Positions 62,245 through 64,000 of a DNA stretch of 64,000 nucleotides are shown here, piece after piece. The stretch is from assembly GCF_036365525.1 (NCBI RefSeq), contig NC_090386.1, positions 35,511,360-35,575,359 on the forward strand. Reading direction: 5' to 3'. The notes under the pieces were generated by a model. That model did not search any database. It saw only the letters and a list, made by a program, of their open reading frames with translations, and was not told the origin of the DNA. The translations under genes and the position numbers were made by a program. The DNA is from Heterodontus francisci. Its lineage: Eukaryota. The number at the start of each line of letters is the position of its first letter. The stretch's first letter is position 1.

Positions 62245-62665
62245 TGCTTATGTAGCACCATTCGCAATCTAAGGATGAATGTCAGTGAAGTACTTTTGAA
62301 GTGTAGTCATTGTTGTAATGTAGGAAACACAACAGGGAATTTGCGCACAGCAAGCTCCCACAAACAACAGAGAGATAATGAGCAGATAATCTGTTTATAG
62401 GTATTGAGTGAGGGATAATTACTGGCCAGGACTCGCCTGCTGCCATGGGATTGATATTTAACTTCCACCTGAGAGGGCAGCCAGGGCCCCAGTTTAAACA
62501 TCTCATCAAAAAGACAACACCACTGACAGTGCAGCACTCCTTCAGTGCTGCACTAGATTGTTAGCCTATATTTTGCACTCAAGTCCTGGAGTGGAAATTA
62601 AACCCACAAACCTTTGACTGAGAGGCAAGAGTGCAACCCACTGAGTCACAGAGCTCACTGCTGAC
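62245..62665 (-). mobile_element. DeuSINE/SacSINE1-like SINE, near full length
   Basis: Minus head gtgactcagtgggttgcactcttgcctctcagtca, Deu-like core gatgagatgtttaaactggggccc, and tail. Confidence 0.78.
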
Positions 62666-63469
62666 TGTGGAACCAAGTTGTTGTCTGGTTTGATTGTCAG
62701 CCTATACCAAATTAGCTTACCACAGCTTTTCTGGGCTTTTCTGACTGACCTCAGACCCTCGAGGATATATAGGGGATACATAAACCAGGGATTCCCACAC
62801 TTGATGACTGAGTTGTGATCCCTGTTAGAAAATGCATGTGTTTGCACATGGACAGGAAGGTGTTCGGCTGTGATGCTCTCTGTGGTTGAATATCCTGCTG
62901 GCTTACACTGTCTAGACACTTAAATGAGTAATGTCTACTTCATTGAGGCAGCAGATAACAGCCACCACCACCACCCCAGTAAGAAGGCAGCAAGTCGGGA
63001 GAGTTGGAGTAAACACTTCTAAACATTCTTTTCTGTTACTGCACTTATTAACTTGAAGATAGCTCAGTTCTGTTAGTTAACGTATACTTTTGGTTTGACA
63101 TGTGACCCACCCCTCTCTGAATACTCCAGTAGCACAATAACAGTAACAATGCAAAAATATACCAGAAAAGAACAGCATTTTATTTTTTATTTGTTTCTAC
63201 AAATCGAGGTAGAGCATATCAGTGCTGGAGGATAAAGCTTTTCTCCAAATTAGGAATCCAGAGTTAACATTCTCAGTCAGGTGCAGCACGGCCAGATGTG
63301 AATTGATTCTGCTTTATACGTTAGGAGCAGTTCCTGTATCTATCATGGCTGTTTAAGTTATACAGTGAAATCCAGTGTGCTCTGGAAACCCTACTGTAAA
63401 CAGCACTGGAACCCCTACTGAAACATGATTGAGAATATCACCAAAACAGCACTAAGAGGATTGAAACAA

Positions 63470-64000
63470 CAACATCAAAAGCTTGTATTTATGTAGCACC
63501 TTTAATGTATTAAAACATTCCAAGATGCTGCACTGGAACATACTTCGAAAAATTTGACACTGAGCCAGATGTTCGGACAGATGACAAAATACTTGCTCAA
63601 AGAGGTGGGCCTTAAGGAGTGCCTTAAAGGAGAAGAGAAAGATAGAGAGTCAGAGAGGTTTAGGAAGGGAATTCCAGAGCTTAGGGCCTTGCCAGCTCAA
63701 GGCACACTGTCAATGGTGGAGTGATTAAAATTGGGGCATTCAAGAGGCTATAATTGGAGGAGAACAGGTTGTAGGACTGGAGATTACAGAGATAAGAAGG
63801 GGTGAGGCAATGGAGGTATTTGAAAACAGTGGTGAGAATTTTAAAATCAAGGGATTGCTTAACCAGGAACCAATTTAGGTCAGTGAGCACAGGGGTGATG
63901 GTTAAATGGGACTTGTTGCACGTTAGGATACAGGCAGCAGAGTTTTGGATTATCTCAAGTTTATAGAGAATAGAAAATGGAAGGCCAGTCAGGAATGCAT
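63470..64000 (-). mobile_element. L2 LINE 3' end (runs off window)
   Basis: ORF 63681-63890 LTDLNWFLVKQSLDFKILTTVFKYLHCLTPSYLCNL matches the L2 LHWLPV..RIDFKIL..L.P.YL motif, followed by an L2 tail. Confidence 0.85.

Overview
Repeat-dense eukaryotic DNA, most likely intergenic or deep intronic. It is very probably from a cartilaginous fish, because it carries HE1-type SINEs sharing a 3' tail with a HER1/CR1 LINE, plus DeuSINE-like elements. I found no host protein-coding gene; every recognisable ORF is a piece of a decayed transposable element. Main contents: two complete but decayed Mag-like Ty3/Gypsy elements (4254-12493 minus; 21505-29227 plus), each with three nested insertions. A Gmr1-like Gypsy derivative with PR-IN-RT domain order sits inside an RTE LINE. 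There are four ~1 kb solo LTRs, CR1-group and L2 LINE fragments, PIF/Harbinger remnants (transposase and intron-containing Myb/SANT genes) and related MITEs. Two 5'-truncated Penelope-like elements have inverted terminal repeats containing minimal hammerhead-ribozyme motifs; one motif (44921-44959, minus) has a complete catalytic core. There is also an apparently perfect, CpG-rich 4 x 204 bp tandem array. A few AT-rich unique stretches with homeobox-type motifs may be conserved enhancers. Family names come from recalled motifs, not database searches, and coordinates of old fragments are approximate.
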